A DNA stretch of 62,055 bases, filler included. It is 14 parts of 14 records of this genome, joined end to end, with 100 filler letters (N's around TTAATTAATTAA, not from the genome) between each part and the next. Parts side by side here need not be neighbours in the genome. Positions count along the whole stretch, not along the records: positions 34,178 to 38,997 come from SRR7504441_31500; positions 39,098 to 42,398 come from SRR7504441_31544; positions 42,499 to 46,841 come from SRR7504441_31895; 11 more parts are not named here. One strand, given 5' to 3'. The notes beneath the pieces were generated by a model. The model did no database searches. It was not told where the DNA came from and worked only from the letters and a program-made list of their open reading frames with translations. Made by a program: the position numbers and the translations under genes. Shown here piece after piece: positions 34,436 through 44,625 of this stretch; the stretch's first letter is position 1; the number at the start of each line of letters is the position of its first letter.

Positions 34436-35710
34436 CTATAGGTTTGAATTCGTGTGACACAAAACTCGATGCTCTGCATCGCTGACAGTGTGGTCAAGCG
34501 CATGCATGGCGCCACACGCACAGAACGCAGGTCCCGGCAAGTGGCTGAGATCCACAACAGGAGCAGCCGTCGCATTCATTCGCACACCGGCACCGTTCTT
34601 GAGTTGACCCGGTGCGCGCATCTCATAGTACAGATTGGCCGGATCTTTAAAATCGTGCTGTATAAAATCTTCAAAGCCAGCCGCAGCACACATCTCTCTC
34701 GCCACCACCGGATTGAACCCAAGTGTGCCAAGCCCCATACCGTCGGGTTGTGACAGCGACGAAGAGAGGCACATAGATATGCTAAACCCGTACGTCATTG
34801 CGAGCGTGGGGATCTTCGCCAGGTTCTGGGGGAACGAGCCGAGCGACTTGATGTCCTTAATAAGCAGCGTGCCGCCCGGCTTGAGCAGCTGCCTGACCCG
34901 GGCCAGAATCAGATCCGGCCGAGGACAATCGTGGATAATATCCAGGCAGACCGCCATGTCATACAGCTCGTCTGTGGGCGGGGCGTACTGTTCGCCCAGC
35001 GCCTCGATGAACGTCACGTTCTGGCTGCCTTGCTCTAGCGCGTCTTTCCTCGCCACCTGCAGCGCCACGTGGTCGGGGTCGACTGCGTGCACCGTGCTCT
35101 GAGGGAAGGCGGCTGCTATGCAGTTGGCGGCAACACCAGCCCCGCAGCCCATATCTAGCAGCCGGCCGCCATTGCGCAGCGTCTGTGTGATCCTGCCGCC
35201 ATCCATCGCCGCGAGCACCTGGTCAACCAGCGCCAGCTTCGTCCAGACCCCCAGCAGCCGCTTGGTCTGCGCGGTGCTCGCCTCGCCCAGCCGCTGGCCT
35301 ACGCTCTTATAGCTATACCCCAGCCCCGTGTGAAACGCCTCCACGATCTTATCCGCCAGCACAGGGTCGACTCCCCCGGCGAATGCGCCCCCCGCAAACA
35401 GCAGGCTGGAGGACTCGTTGGCGAGCACTTCCACCATCTCGGGGCCGATTCGAAAGGCCTCGCTGGCATCGTCGCCCTCGCGGTACTCGAGGATCCCGGC
35501 CGCAGTCAGCCCGCGGAGCAGTTCCATAAGCCAGCGCGGGTGCAGCCCGGTGCGGACCGCCAGTTGACCGGTGGTCACGAACCCGTGGCAGCCGGCCAGG
35601 CTCTTGAACAGCTCGAGCCTGTCGGCCAGGTGGATCTGCAGTGACACCATCTGGCCCATCTTGTAGCCCCACACCCGGCCCACCGCCTGCTTGAGCCGCT
35701 TCCTGTCCAT
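34436..35710 (-). CDS. Rv2258c-like winged-helix plus class I SAM methyltransferase, intronless
   Basis: IHLADRLELFKSL, LAVRTGLHPRWL.E.L, AFHTGLG, LLDMGCGAG, DIIHD.PRP, GLGTLGF, DPANLYYE. Confidence 0.85.
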   Translation of the reverse strand: MDRKRLKQAVGRVWGYKMGQMVSLQIHLADRLELFKSLAGCHGFVTTGQLAVRTGLHPRWLMELLRGLTAAGILEYREGDDASEAFRIGPEMVEVLANESSSLLFAGGAFAGGVDPVLADKIVEAFHTGLGYSYKSVGQRLGEASTAQTKRLLGVWTKLALVDQVLAAMDGGRITQTLRNGGRLLDMGCGAGVAANCIAAAFPQSTVHAVDPDHVALQVARKDALEQGSQNVTFIEALGEQYAPPTDELYDMAVCLDIIHDCPRPDLILARVRQLLKPGGTLLIKDIKSLGSFPQNLAKIPTLAMTYGFSISMCLSSSLSQPDGMGLGTLGFNPVVAREMCAAAGFEDFIQHDFKDPANLYYEMRAPGQLKNGAGVRMNATAAPVVDLSHLPGPAFCACGAMHALDHTVSDAEHRVLCHTNSNL

Positions 35711-35768
35711 CTCTTCGATCCGGAGGCGGCGACGGCCGCGGCGTCGTAGGCGCGATTCCGTTATCAAC
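35711..35768. promoter_or_regulatory. 58-bp bidirectional promoter with CCGTTA (35758-35763)
   Basis: Between ATGs at 35710(-) and 35769(+). Confidence 0.5.
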
Positions 35769-37101
35769 ATGGTGGCTCGGACTCGGGTCGAGCGCCGGCT
35801 CTCGTTGATGAAGCGCGGCCGCCGATCGCATTGCCTCCACCGGACCTGGCGCCGGCTGGGGCAGCCAGCCCCTCGACGGGGTGGGGCGGTGTGCCGCGGG
35901 ATGCGGCTGGAGGACACGCCGGAGGCCGGGCGAGGCTGGTGCGCCGACCGGCCGCTGCCCGCCGGGTACACTGTGCTGCGCTGCTGGCCACTGGCCTCGG
36001 TGCTCGACGCGGAGGCCGACGCCGCTGCGCCCGAGGACGAGCGGGCGGCCACTGCGCTGCTGGTCATCAGGCTGGCCGAGGCCATCGGCGGGGCCGGCGG
36101 GGCGGCAGTAGCTGCAGCCGCGAGCCAGCTGCATCCCCGAGAGCCGCCCAAGGAGGGCGAGGAGCCCTGGCGCTGCGATGACAGGCGGCTGCAGCGCCGG
36201 ATGGAGACGGCCCTCAGCGAACTAGCCGGGTTCAGCCGCGGCGAGAGGCGGCGTCTGGTGCAGGCGGTGAAGCTCAACAACCTCGGTGGGGCGGCGCTCT
36301 GCCGGGATCACCCAGGGGACAGGCATGTACACCAACAGCGAGCAGCTGAGCTACGACGCTGGCCCGTACGCTGCGCTCGCTGGTGTCGCATTGTACAAAG
36401 AGGCCTCCTTTTTCAACCACTCCTGCACGCCGAACCTAGCCCGGTACAACATCGGCGAGCTCGCCGTCTTCCGGACCAACCAGCCGGTCAGCGCCGGGCA
36501 GCCGCTCTGCATCAGCTATATCGAGCACGACCTGCTCTCGGAGCCTCCCGCCCTCAGGAACCAACTGCTTGGGCAGCGCGACTTCCAGATCAGCCACCCC
36601 GCCGGGCCCGAGCCGGAGTGGCCGGTGATTTCGCCCGAAGTGCAGAGCGGGATTGCCGGGCTGGCTGCATCTGAGCGGCTGGAGACGATTCGAGTAATGA
36701 GAGAGTCGGCCGGGGCGCAGCTGCACCAGATCGACTCAAAGGAGCTAGACCTGCTGGCTGCCGGGGCGCTGGCCGAGCTCGGGGAGCACGAGGCCGAGCG
36801 GCGGCACTGGCGGCGGTGCATTCGGTTCGCACGCGCCCACTGCCCTCCGAACGACGAGAGTTTGGCCTGCTACCACGTTCAGGCGTCGCTAGCCGCGCTG
36901 GCTGACGGGGATGACTTCGCTGGCTGGAAGCAGGCGCGACGGGCGGTGCGGGCGCACCAGATTGCGTTCGGGGGCGGGCTTCGGCTGTTTAAGGCGAGGT
37001 ACAAGCACGAGGTGTCAGCCAGCACGTTCCGGCGCGGGCACGAACGACTTGCTGCGATGTTTTGGAGGCTCGTTAGTGTAGAAAAGATAGCCGATAGTTA
37101 G
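35769..37101 (+). CDS. SET-domain (SMYD-like) lysine methyltransferase, 1 intron
   Basis: GRGWCADRPLPAG, ASFFNHSCTPN, LCISYI; helical C-terminus. Confidence 0.8.
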
Positions 37102-37160
37102 ACGGCATGACTAGACCATGATTGTGCATGCACGCATCTTTATGCGTGGATTATTGCTCG

Positions 37161-37976
37161 TCATCGTATTCCGTGCTGTCGAAATCGCTCTGCAGCAGCT
37201 TGCCTGTCCTCAATAGGCAGCATCGCCCGCAACGTGACAGACAACCGCTGCCCTCGAGGCCGCGTCTCCCCCTTGAACTGATCCTGCGCAACTGCGGGGA
37301 TCCCGTGCGTCCACTGCCCACTCACTCAGCCCGCCATACAGCAGCGCTACACCTCAAACCGGGCCTCGCCACTCATCATCAGCAGATCGCCCGGCTGGAG
37401 CAGCAGCTCGCACGCCTGCCCAGCCGCTCACTACTTGGCCCCGCGGGAGCGGCTGCCTCGGCCTGAGAGTGAGCAAGCGCCGGTCTGAACTCCATCACGC
37501 AGCTGGACTCGAGCGAGAGCACGGCGATCCCGTCGTCGAACTTGGAGAGATCCACATGCGCCCCAATCCCCTCGCCGGGCTCGTAGTGGTTAACTATCAT
37601 CTGATCGAACAGCGGCTGGCGGGCGAGCAGGTCCGCAGAGAAATGCTCGAGCGCGAACGGTTCGATGCACTGCCCAGCCGGTGAGCGCAGCTGAAGGCGG
37701 AGGCAGCACCTCGGAGAGCACTGTGGCCCACCGGGGGAGGTTCTGGAAGCACATGGCCTGGTTGATAGGCGGAGCGAAGCTGTAGCTGCTCCGGACCGCC
37801 AGGCTCATCTGCCGCTGCTCCGGCGGCTCCAGGAACTCCCGCACCAGCGCCAGTCCGGTCGGAGGCGCCCCGCCGGCCAGGCTGCCCGCCGGGATGGACG
37901 GGACTGGCGCTCGACGCCGCTTGGCCGGAGGCTCAGCCTCAGCCGAGCCCTCCTCACTGCTCTCACTGCCGAACAT
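37161..37976 (-). CDS. AlkB-family 2OG-Fe(II) dioxygenase, 3 introns (one GC-AG)
   Basis: FDQMIVNHYEPGEGIGAHVD, LSLESSCVMEF, LQPGDLLMMSGEARFEWTHGI, RLSVTLR. Confidence 0.88.
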
Positions 37977-38097
37977 GTGCTCGGCCGCGTTCAGCGTGAG
38001 CGCTTGGAGAGGACCGGTGTGGTACAGTCAGCTGACAGTACCTGTACCCTCGGAGGCCTGCGTATAAAATTCCGTTGTGTCGATCCGGTAAACTGGC

Positions 38098-38997
38098 ATG
38101 GAGCCGAAGCTGCAGGATCCGCTCGACCGGACCGACTCGCCTCCGACCATGGTGTTCCGTGGGAGCAGCGACCAGAGCTACTCGCTCGGGATACTAGGCG
38201 AGCTCCGCAGGCGGATCGACCTTCGGCAGGCGCTCTTCCTGCTGGCCTTCCTCGCCTATACGCTCGTCTGCGTGTTCGCCGAGTTAATATGCCCGGACGG
38301 CCGCTGCGGGATTGCCCGCGGCGACGCGCGTACGGTGGACCGTCACGCGGTGGACGCCCCGGGCTGGGAGAACCAGACAAAGTGGGAGGATCTCCAGTTT
38401 AGCATGCCAGAGAGCCAGACGGAGCGGCACTGGCAGCTCCTCGGGCTCAACCGGTTCGAGTGCGACCAGGGCCGGCGGCTGATGGCCAGCATGCTGCTCG
38501 GGGCGCTGATAGGCTACGAGCGGCGGCACCCGGACCGGCCGGCTGGCATGCGGACCATGTCGCTTGTGGCTGTTGGCGCGTGCACTTTTACGCTGGGCGG
38601 GACCTATGCCTTCCTTGTCGGGCCTATGAAGTGGGACGCCAGCCGGATTTCTGCCGCGATTCCGAGCGGCGTCGGGTTCCTCGGCGGCGCTGTGATCTGG
38701 AAGGGTGCTGGAGGGTCAGGGAATCACGAGGTCATGCCGCTGGATACGCCGGTCTGAGCAGGTAGCAACAGGTGAAGGGGGTGACAACCGCCACGGCGAT
38801 CTGGCTCTCGGCTGGAGTTGGGGTGCTGTGCGGGGGCAGGATGTACTTCCAGGCAATCTACAGCTCGATCCTGACCGTTGTAGTGCTCCGGTGGCACGTG
38901 CTCTGGCTCAACTGACTGTGTGTGCTCCAGTTATGGTCCGAGGATGTACTTGCTAAGCGACATCCACGAGGAGGAGGAGGAGGTCCACTTAGGCCAG
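38098..38997 (+). CDS. MgtC/SapB-family membrane protein, intron-containing, 3' truncated
   Basis: LLGALIGYERR..RPAGMRTMSLV.VGAC.FT, DASRISAAIPSGVGFLGG; after an intron, VKGVTTATAIWLSAGVG. Confidence 0.88.
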
Positions 38998-39097
38998 NNN
39001 NNNNNNNNNNNNNNNNNNNNNNNNNNNNNNNNNNNNNNNNNTTAATTAATTAANNNNNNNNNNNNNNNNNNNNNNNNNNNNNNNNNNNNNNNNNNNN
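38998..39097. other. Artificial contig spacer
   Basis: N44-TTAATTAATTAA-N44. Confidence 0.98.
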
Positions 39098-39298
39098 CCG
39101 GGTACTGCCTATGCCGGAGTCCCTGCAAAACGAATGCTTGGACTAAAGCAAACTGAGGCTGAACGGTTGGCTGAGAGCCTAGAGCTATCCGAGAGCCGCG
39201 AGCATAGCGCTTTGGCAGCCCAGGTGGCTGCAGAGCAAGCCTTGCGGCACTCCGAAGAATGGCACGCTTTTCTGACCCAGTGGCATGGGCAAATGTAG
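39098..39298 (+). CDS. C-terminal fragment of a hypothetical protein
   Basis: Open frame PGTAYAGVPAKRMLG...WHAFLTQWHGQM* followed by an AT-rich 3' region. Confidence 0.45.
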   Translation, partial: PGTAYAGVPAKRMLGLKQTEAERLAESLELSESREHSALAAQVAAEQALRHSEEWHAFLTQWHGQM

Positions 39299-39614
39299 TA
39301 CGAGTACGTACTTAATCAAATCATTCATAAAGGATTAATGCGATTTCAAACAAGTACGAGTACAATAACATATGTACGGTATACGTGTACAAGTCATAGC
39401 TTATTAATTTTGTGCATGATTGTCATTGATGGTCAACTCGTAGTCAACTCGATTGACTTCTAATAACAACTCATCTTGTAATTGTACCGGCCCACCATCT
39501 ACATGTAGAGCAATCTAGCCTCAACAACTACGTCTAAGGTACGTCTAAGGTAGCTCACGTCACGTCACGACTTTCATCGAGAGATTACCAAGAGATGGAT
39601 CCGCCTCAGAAGAA

Positions 39615-41381
39615 TCAGAAGAATGTTTTCTGGTGGATCAGCTCGTGCTTATCGTGCAGGTCGGAAGCCTCCTTGTATTCATCCGCTGATATGGTCATCC
39701 TGCCCCCCAGTCACTCGTGCGACCAGCTGTGCTACACACCGGCGGAAGGTGGACAGCGAGGCCAAAATCGACCCACCAATCCAAGTGCTCGTCTGTCGCT
39801 CAGGCGGCGCGGTGATCTTGATCTTCATGTTTGCAGGAGCCTTGTGCTTCACCTCGTTCAACAGCCGTTTCCCGAGCCCCTCGAGCAGCGTGGTGCCGCC
39901 CGCGAGCAGGATGCTGGTGTACAATGCCTTGCGCAGGTCCACGTCCGCGCTCGTGATAGCCTCCTGCAATAGCTCGTGGAACCTGCCCCGCCCGATTCAC
40001 ACACGCGGCCGACTGGCCAGCCACCCGCCGCTCTCGAGGCCCACAAGCCGAGGGTCGAACAGTATTTCAGGCGCACGAAAGCACTCGGGCCCTGCATAGA
40101 TACCCAGGTTGGCGGCTCGCGGCCCGAGGGTTCACCGATTGCGATTTTAGAGTTGTCTGGCATCCTGAATTGGCCGCTGTTCTGCGAAGCAGTGAAGCTG
40201 TTCTCCTCCTCTTCTCTGACTGGGTCGAACGCGACCCGGCAGTGCGCCTCCTTGATCTGCCAGCCAGCCTAACACCAGTGGCAGGCCCGAGCTGACCTCT
40301 TGCACTATTTGCTGCTCGGCACTGGTCACAAAGCTGTGCCCGGCCTTCCGGAGCAGCAGCTGCAGCTGCCGGGTCACATCACGCCCGGCCAAGTCTGCCG
40401 CCGGCTCAGCCTCGACACGGATGGCGCGGCGCACCCACACGCCGGATCGAATGGGGCAGCGCAAATCCTTCGTACAGTGGCACTACGTGTGTCACTCCGT
40501 CGCCAGAGTCGAGCACCACCCCTGTCAGCGGCTGGCAGGCAGCCCGGCCCGCGCTGTACCGGTGGTGCGGCCGGAAGCGTACACAGAGAGCACCGCCTGA
40601 GGGGCACGACAGTGACACACAGTCGGCGCAGCGCATGCCTGCATCGAGATGAAGAGCGCAGGCACGTTGAAGCTCTCGAAAAAGATCTCAGCCAACTAGC
40701 CGGCCCAGTCAGCGCTCGCCGGGGGCAGGGTGTACCTTTGCGCGGTTGGCTCGCGGGTTGAGAGGGGGCTCTGCAGCAGCAGCGCTGAGCGGGCTTGGCA
40801 GCAGAGCACTCACCGGTGAGCAGGACAGGATGCTCCTCGGGCAGCGTCTTCAACTCGTCCTGTCGACAGCCGGTCGGCGCGGCCGGGCCGGGCCTGCACC
40901 TGGTACACGTACTGCCATATCTTCTCCATGTCCTCCCAGTGTACCACCTGCCTCGTCCGCTCAGGAGCCTTCCGGCCGGCCGAGCCGTCACCACGCCGTG
41001 CTCGAGAGGGTATCGGATCTGCAGCATCCCGCGATGCTCCTGCAGGCACCGGCCGCTCGCGCGCCGGGGACTGGCGGCTCGCAACCTGGGCTGCTGACCC
41101 GACGAAGGTGTCGCCCTCGAGCCCGCCGGCCATCACCTTGGGGTGCTTCGGGCGGCCCACGCTGCGCACCCGCAGCGCTCAGGCGCCGGTCCGGCCGGCA
41201 GCGGAGTCTTACATGGCCGAGAAGACGCATTTGGGCGCGTTCTCGCCGGCGAAGCCTGCCTTGATCACTCCGGAGCCCTGCCAGCCATCTGGTGAGCCGG
41301 CAGCCTGCGGCGAGGGCAAGGGCGCACATTGTCGATCACGGCGGGCTGGTTGGAAAGATCCCACGTGTCTTCTTCCGCCAT
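39615..41381 (-). CDS. ARP1: Actin-related protein 1 (centractin, dynactin filament), 14 introns
   Basis: Spliced [86 protein letters not shown]-terminal KTFF*. Confidence 0.93.
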
Positions 41382-41527
41382 TGCCTCCCGCCGCGGCCGC
41401 TCAGAGTGCTGCTCCCCCGGCCTGTCCTCGGCTCAAACGCTGTCCGTTGCCTCGGCAAGGCAAGCTCAGAGCTGGCCCTCGTCACACACGGACCTCGTCA
41501 CCTGGGGGCGGAGCGCAAGCGTTGGTG

Positions 41528-42093
41528 ATGGGTGGCCGCAAGGAGAAGGTTCTAGCGCTGGCCAAGGGATTCACCGGCCGGGCCAAGAACTGCTACCGGA
41601 TCGCGATGAACCGAGTAGAGAAGGCGCTCCAGTACCAGGCGGGCTGCCAGGGCCGGGCCGGCTCACCTGGCGGCAGTATCGCGACCGGCGGACCAAGAAG
41701 CGCGAGTTCCGGTCGCTGTGGATCCAACGGATCAACGCGGCCGCCCGGGAGCACGACATCTCGTACTCACAGATGATCCACGGACTGAGCGCGGCCAACA
41801 TCCAGTTGGACCGGAAGATTCTCTCGGTGCGACTCGCCCCGGCGGTCGGTCACGACCGGGTGGACAGGAGCTGGCCATGTATGAGCCGTCCAGCTTCGCG
41901 GTGAGCCGCTCGGCTGGGGCCGCCGGCTGAGCCTGGTCAGGCGGTGGTGGATGCGGCTAAGGAGCGGGCGCGGCCGCTGAGCGAGTCGGCCCAGAACCTG
42001 ACTCCGTCCAGCCCGGACCCGGCGCTGCAGCGGGCGATAGCGGGGACCACACGGAACAACCCCAAGACTAAGTACATTGTGCAGCCACAGTGA
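41528..42093 (+). CDS. MRPL20: Mitochondrial ribosomal protein bL20, 3 introns (41639-41676 GC-AG, 41827-41867, 41901-41940)
   Basis: [20 protein letters not shown]...[31 protein letters not shown]...[16 protein letters not shown]. Confidence 0.92.
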
Positions 42094-42398
42094 CTGGATT
42101 GATTACACCGATTGCAAATGTTTATTTTTACGTATTGTCTCGGCTATGTCTCGGCGGTACAGACATGGTTGCACTCGTATTAATTAAGGGTAACACTAGT
42201 TGATCTATAGCTTGTCATAGCTCCTTGTCGCTAGGAAGATGCCTGGCTGAACGCAGCGGAGCAAGCAAACTCCTCGAGTGCTCTCTGCTCTGCTCGCGTC
42301 AGCGGCCACACATTGTTCGGTTCAGCCTGCACCTCCACACGCCGGACCACATCCAGCACCAACTCTAGGTACTCGTCCGGCGACAGCTCCGCCGCCCC

Positions 42399-42498
42399 NN
42401 NNNNNNNNNNNNNNNNNNNNNNNNNNNNNNNNNNNNNNNNNNTTAATTAATTAANNNNNNNNNNNNNNNNNNNNNNNNNNNNNNNNNNNNNNNNNNNN
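42399..42498. other. Artificial contig spacer
   Basis: N44-TTAATTAATTAA-N44. Confidence 0.98.
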
Positions 42499-44271
42499 TG
42501 TGCATTGCTTCAGAAATCGAACCCACCATCGGTCATCTTTCGGTAAAGACGTGCTATCATCGGTAGACCGTACGAGAACATCGGGAGTGCCACGCATCCG
42601 AAGGCACAGCTCGTACATGTTGGCCGTCATCAGTGTATAGAACATGGGAAAGTTTGGTTCAGACGTGTCCGGGGCAATCTGGATCCACAGTAAGCGCTAG
42701 AGTCAGTCAGAGCAGGAGCACCGTGAGTGTAATAGGGGCGCGGACCACATGGTGCATCTTTTCAAACTCTTCGATGTTGATGTAGCCGTCCTCGTTCACA
42801 TCCATCAGGCAATACCACAGCTCGCCCTTCTCCTCAGCTCTTGTTCCAATCATGCCATACAGCGACGTCCTGGACTCCCAGAGCTGGAGATACCTGATCA
42901 TATACTTGACCGATGACTGAAACCTCGCCTTGTCAACCCCCCGGTGCGTATCCAAGCTGTCCAACTCTCGAGCCAGCCGCTCTAACTCAGTGGCAGAATT
43001 ATCATGACACGGCTCCAACCGACCATACACCATCATGTGGAAGGCCGTTCGCAGCAGCACCTCCGCCTTCCAGTTGGCCGCGTGCACGTAGTCCCGTACT
43101 AGCGTGCCATACTCTGCAGTGACGACCGCGAGGAACACATTGAGAAGAAACAAGTTCACCACAATCATGAAAAGCATCAACGGAATCATCTTCCACCAAT
43201 CGGCGTGATAGTTGGGCATCATCACGTCCGGGTGATTGGCTGTGGTCAGCGCAACGTACAGATTAAACAACCCGTCCTCGGTGCTACCAAAATACTCGTT
43301 CCTCTGCTGGAGATCCAGCTCAGTCGGGTTATCATCCAGCCTCGGAAGCGTGGCCTGCAACCACACTTCATCAGACGAGCGGCCAGCAGATCGCGGCGCG
43401 AGCAACCCACCAGGATCAGGAAGTAAAAGAAGAGGAAGACCACTAGGATCAGTCCGAGGATGCTCCCGAGCTTTTTGATCAGGTACACAGCAGACAAGAA
43501 AGCGTACCGCATTGTATGCGAAAAGTACAGAATATAATAGCACCGGAAGACGCGCAGCGCCACATCGGCCCCGGTGTAAACCTTACCGTACACCTGGCCT
43601 GCCTGGTCGGCCGGCAGCGGCGGGGCAGGGCGCACCGTGTTTTTTGCTATCATCAGCCCGAAACCGGATTCACCCCAGTGCCAACTGCCGTGTGCAATCG
43701 CCTTGACAAGCAAAGTAGACACCACCCCCAGCCCAAACACGAACGTCCATATGTGCTCAGTCGGCCGGAGGCTCTTCCAGGACACCTGATCCTCTAGCAT
43801 GTCCGGTGGCGGGGCCCGAGATCGAAACCAGTGGTGCCGGGTGGGCCACAAGCAACGGACCGTGAGCACGAACACGACCAGGAATATGCAGTCAATCACC
43901 AGGAACGTGGACAGCCCGAGTGCCCGGGGGAACACGGCGATCCGGTCGTTGACGGGCTGCTCCACGACGGAGAGTAGCATCGACAGACAGGCCAGACCCA
44001 GGAGCGCCGCCCGGACGGTGGGCCGGGTGAGCCGGGTGTACATCCGCACGCACCACTCCTCGCTGCTCCATATCGAGCGCAGGTAGTAGTGCGAGCCTAC
44101 CTGCTCGAAATAGTAGCAGGTCATGTAGTGCAAGCAGGCGTCCCGCACCATCTGCTGTACCATCGTCTCGCATTGGCGGCTGGAGCCGCGCTGGGCGCAA
44201 CCAGACCCGATTGAGTCCGATGGCGCCGCCTGGGCGTCCAGGTCGTCATCCCTGCTGGACGGTTCCGCCAT
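42499..44271 (-). CDS. Two-pore channel (TPC)-like cation channel, N-terminal half with EF-hand; 3' truncated
   Basis: YFGSTEDGLFNLYVALTTANHPDVMMPNY pore, NLFLLNVFLAVV S6, DVNEDGYINIEEF EF-hand. Confidence 0.8.
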
Positions 44272-44625
44272 GGTCGGCCTCCCCCCCCCCGCTGTACTAC
44301 CACCGCATGAAACAGAAAAGACGGCAACGGAAGAGCGGATCGCCTGAGAGTCTCCTCCACGATCCGTCGTGGCGGCGTCTCGTCGTGATCTGTCGACTTA
44401 CATGTATTGCCCTTCCGGTCTACTTCGGTCCTTACCCTGCTTCGCGGGACAGCCGGCTTGCGCGATTCTCTGATCCTCTTACAGCGCTCGTCTCATGGCT
44501 CGCCGTTCGGATTCAACTGACGGAATGACTCTCTATTTACAACCGACCCAATCGTCCACAATGTCTCTTGAATCAGGGTCGTCTTCCGTTGTTCACGGGT
44601 GTCTGCTGAATCCAATGGCTCCCCG

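Noticed and set aside
35711-36280. 614-aa ORF implying a long N-terminal extension on the methyltransferase
   Set aside because: The extension is the antisense of the SET gene; the family-like sequence begins at MDRKRL (35710)
39615-41381. Introner-type (transposon-derived) intron family
   Set aside because: Introns share length and GGCAG ends but show no extended mutual similarity, terminal repeats or TSDs by eye
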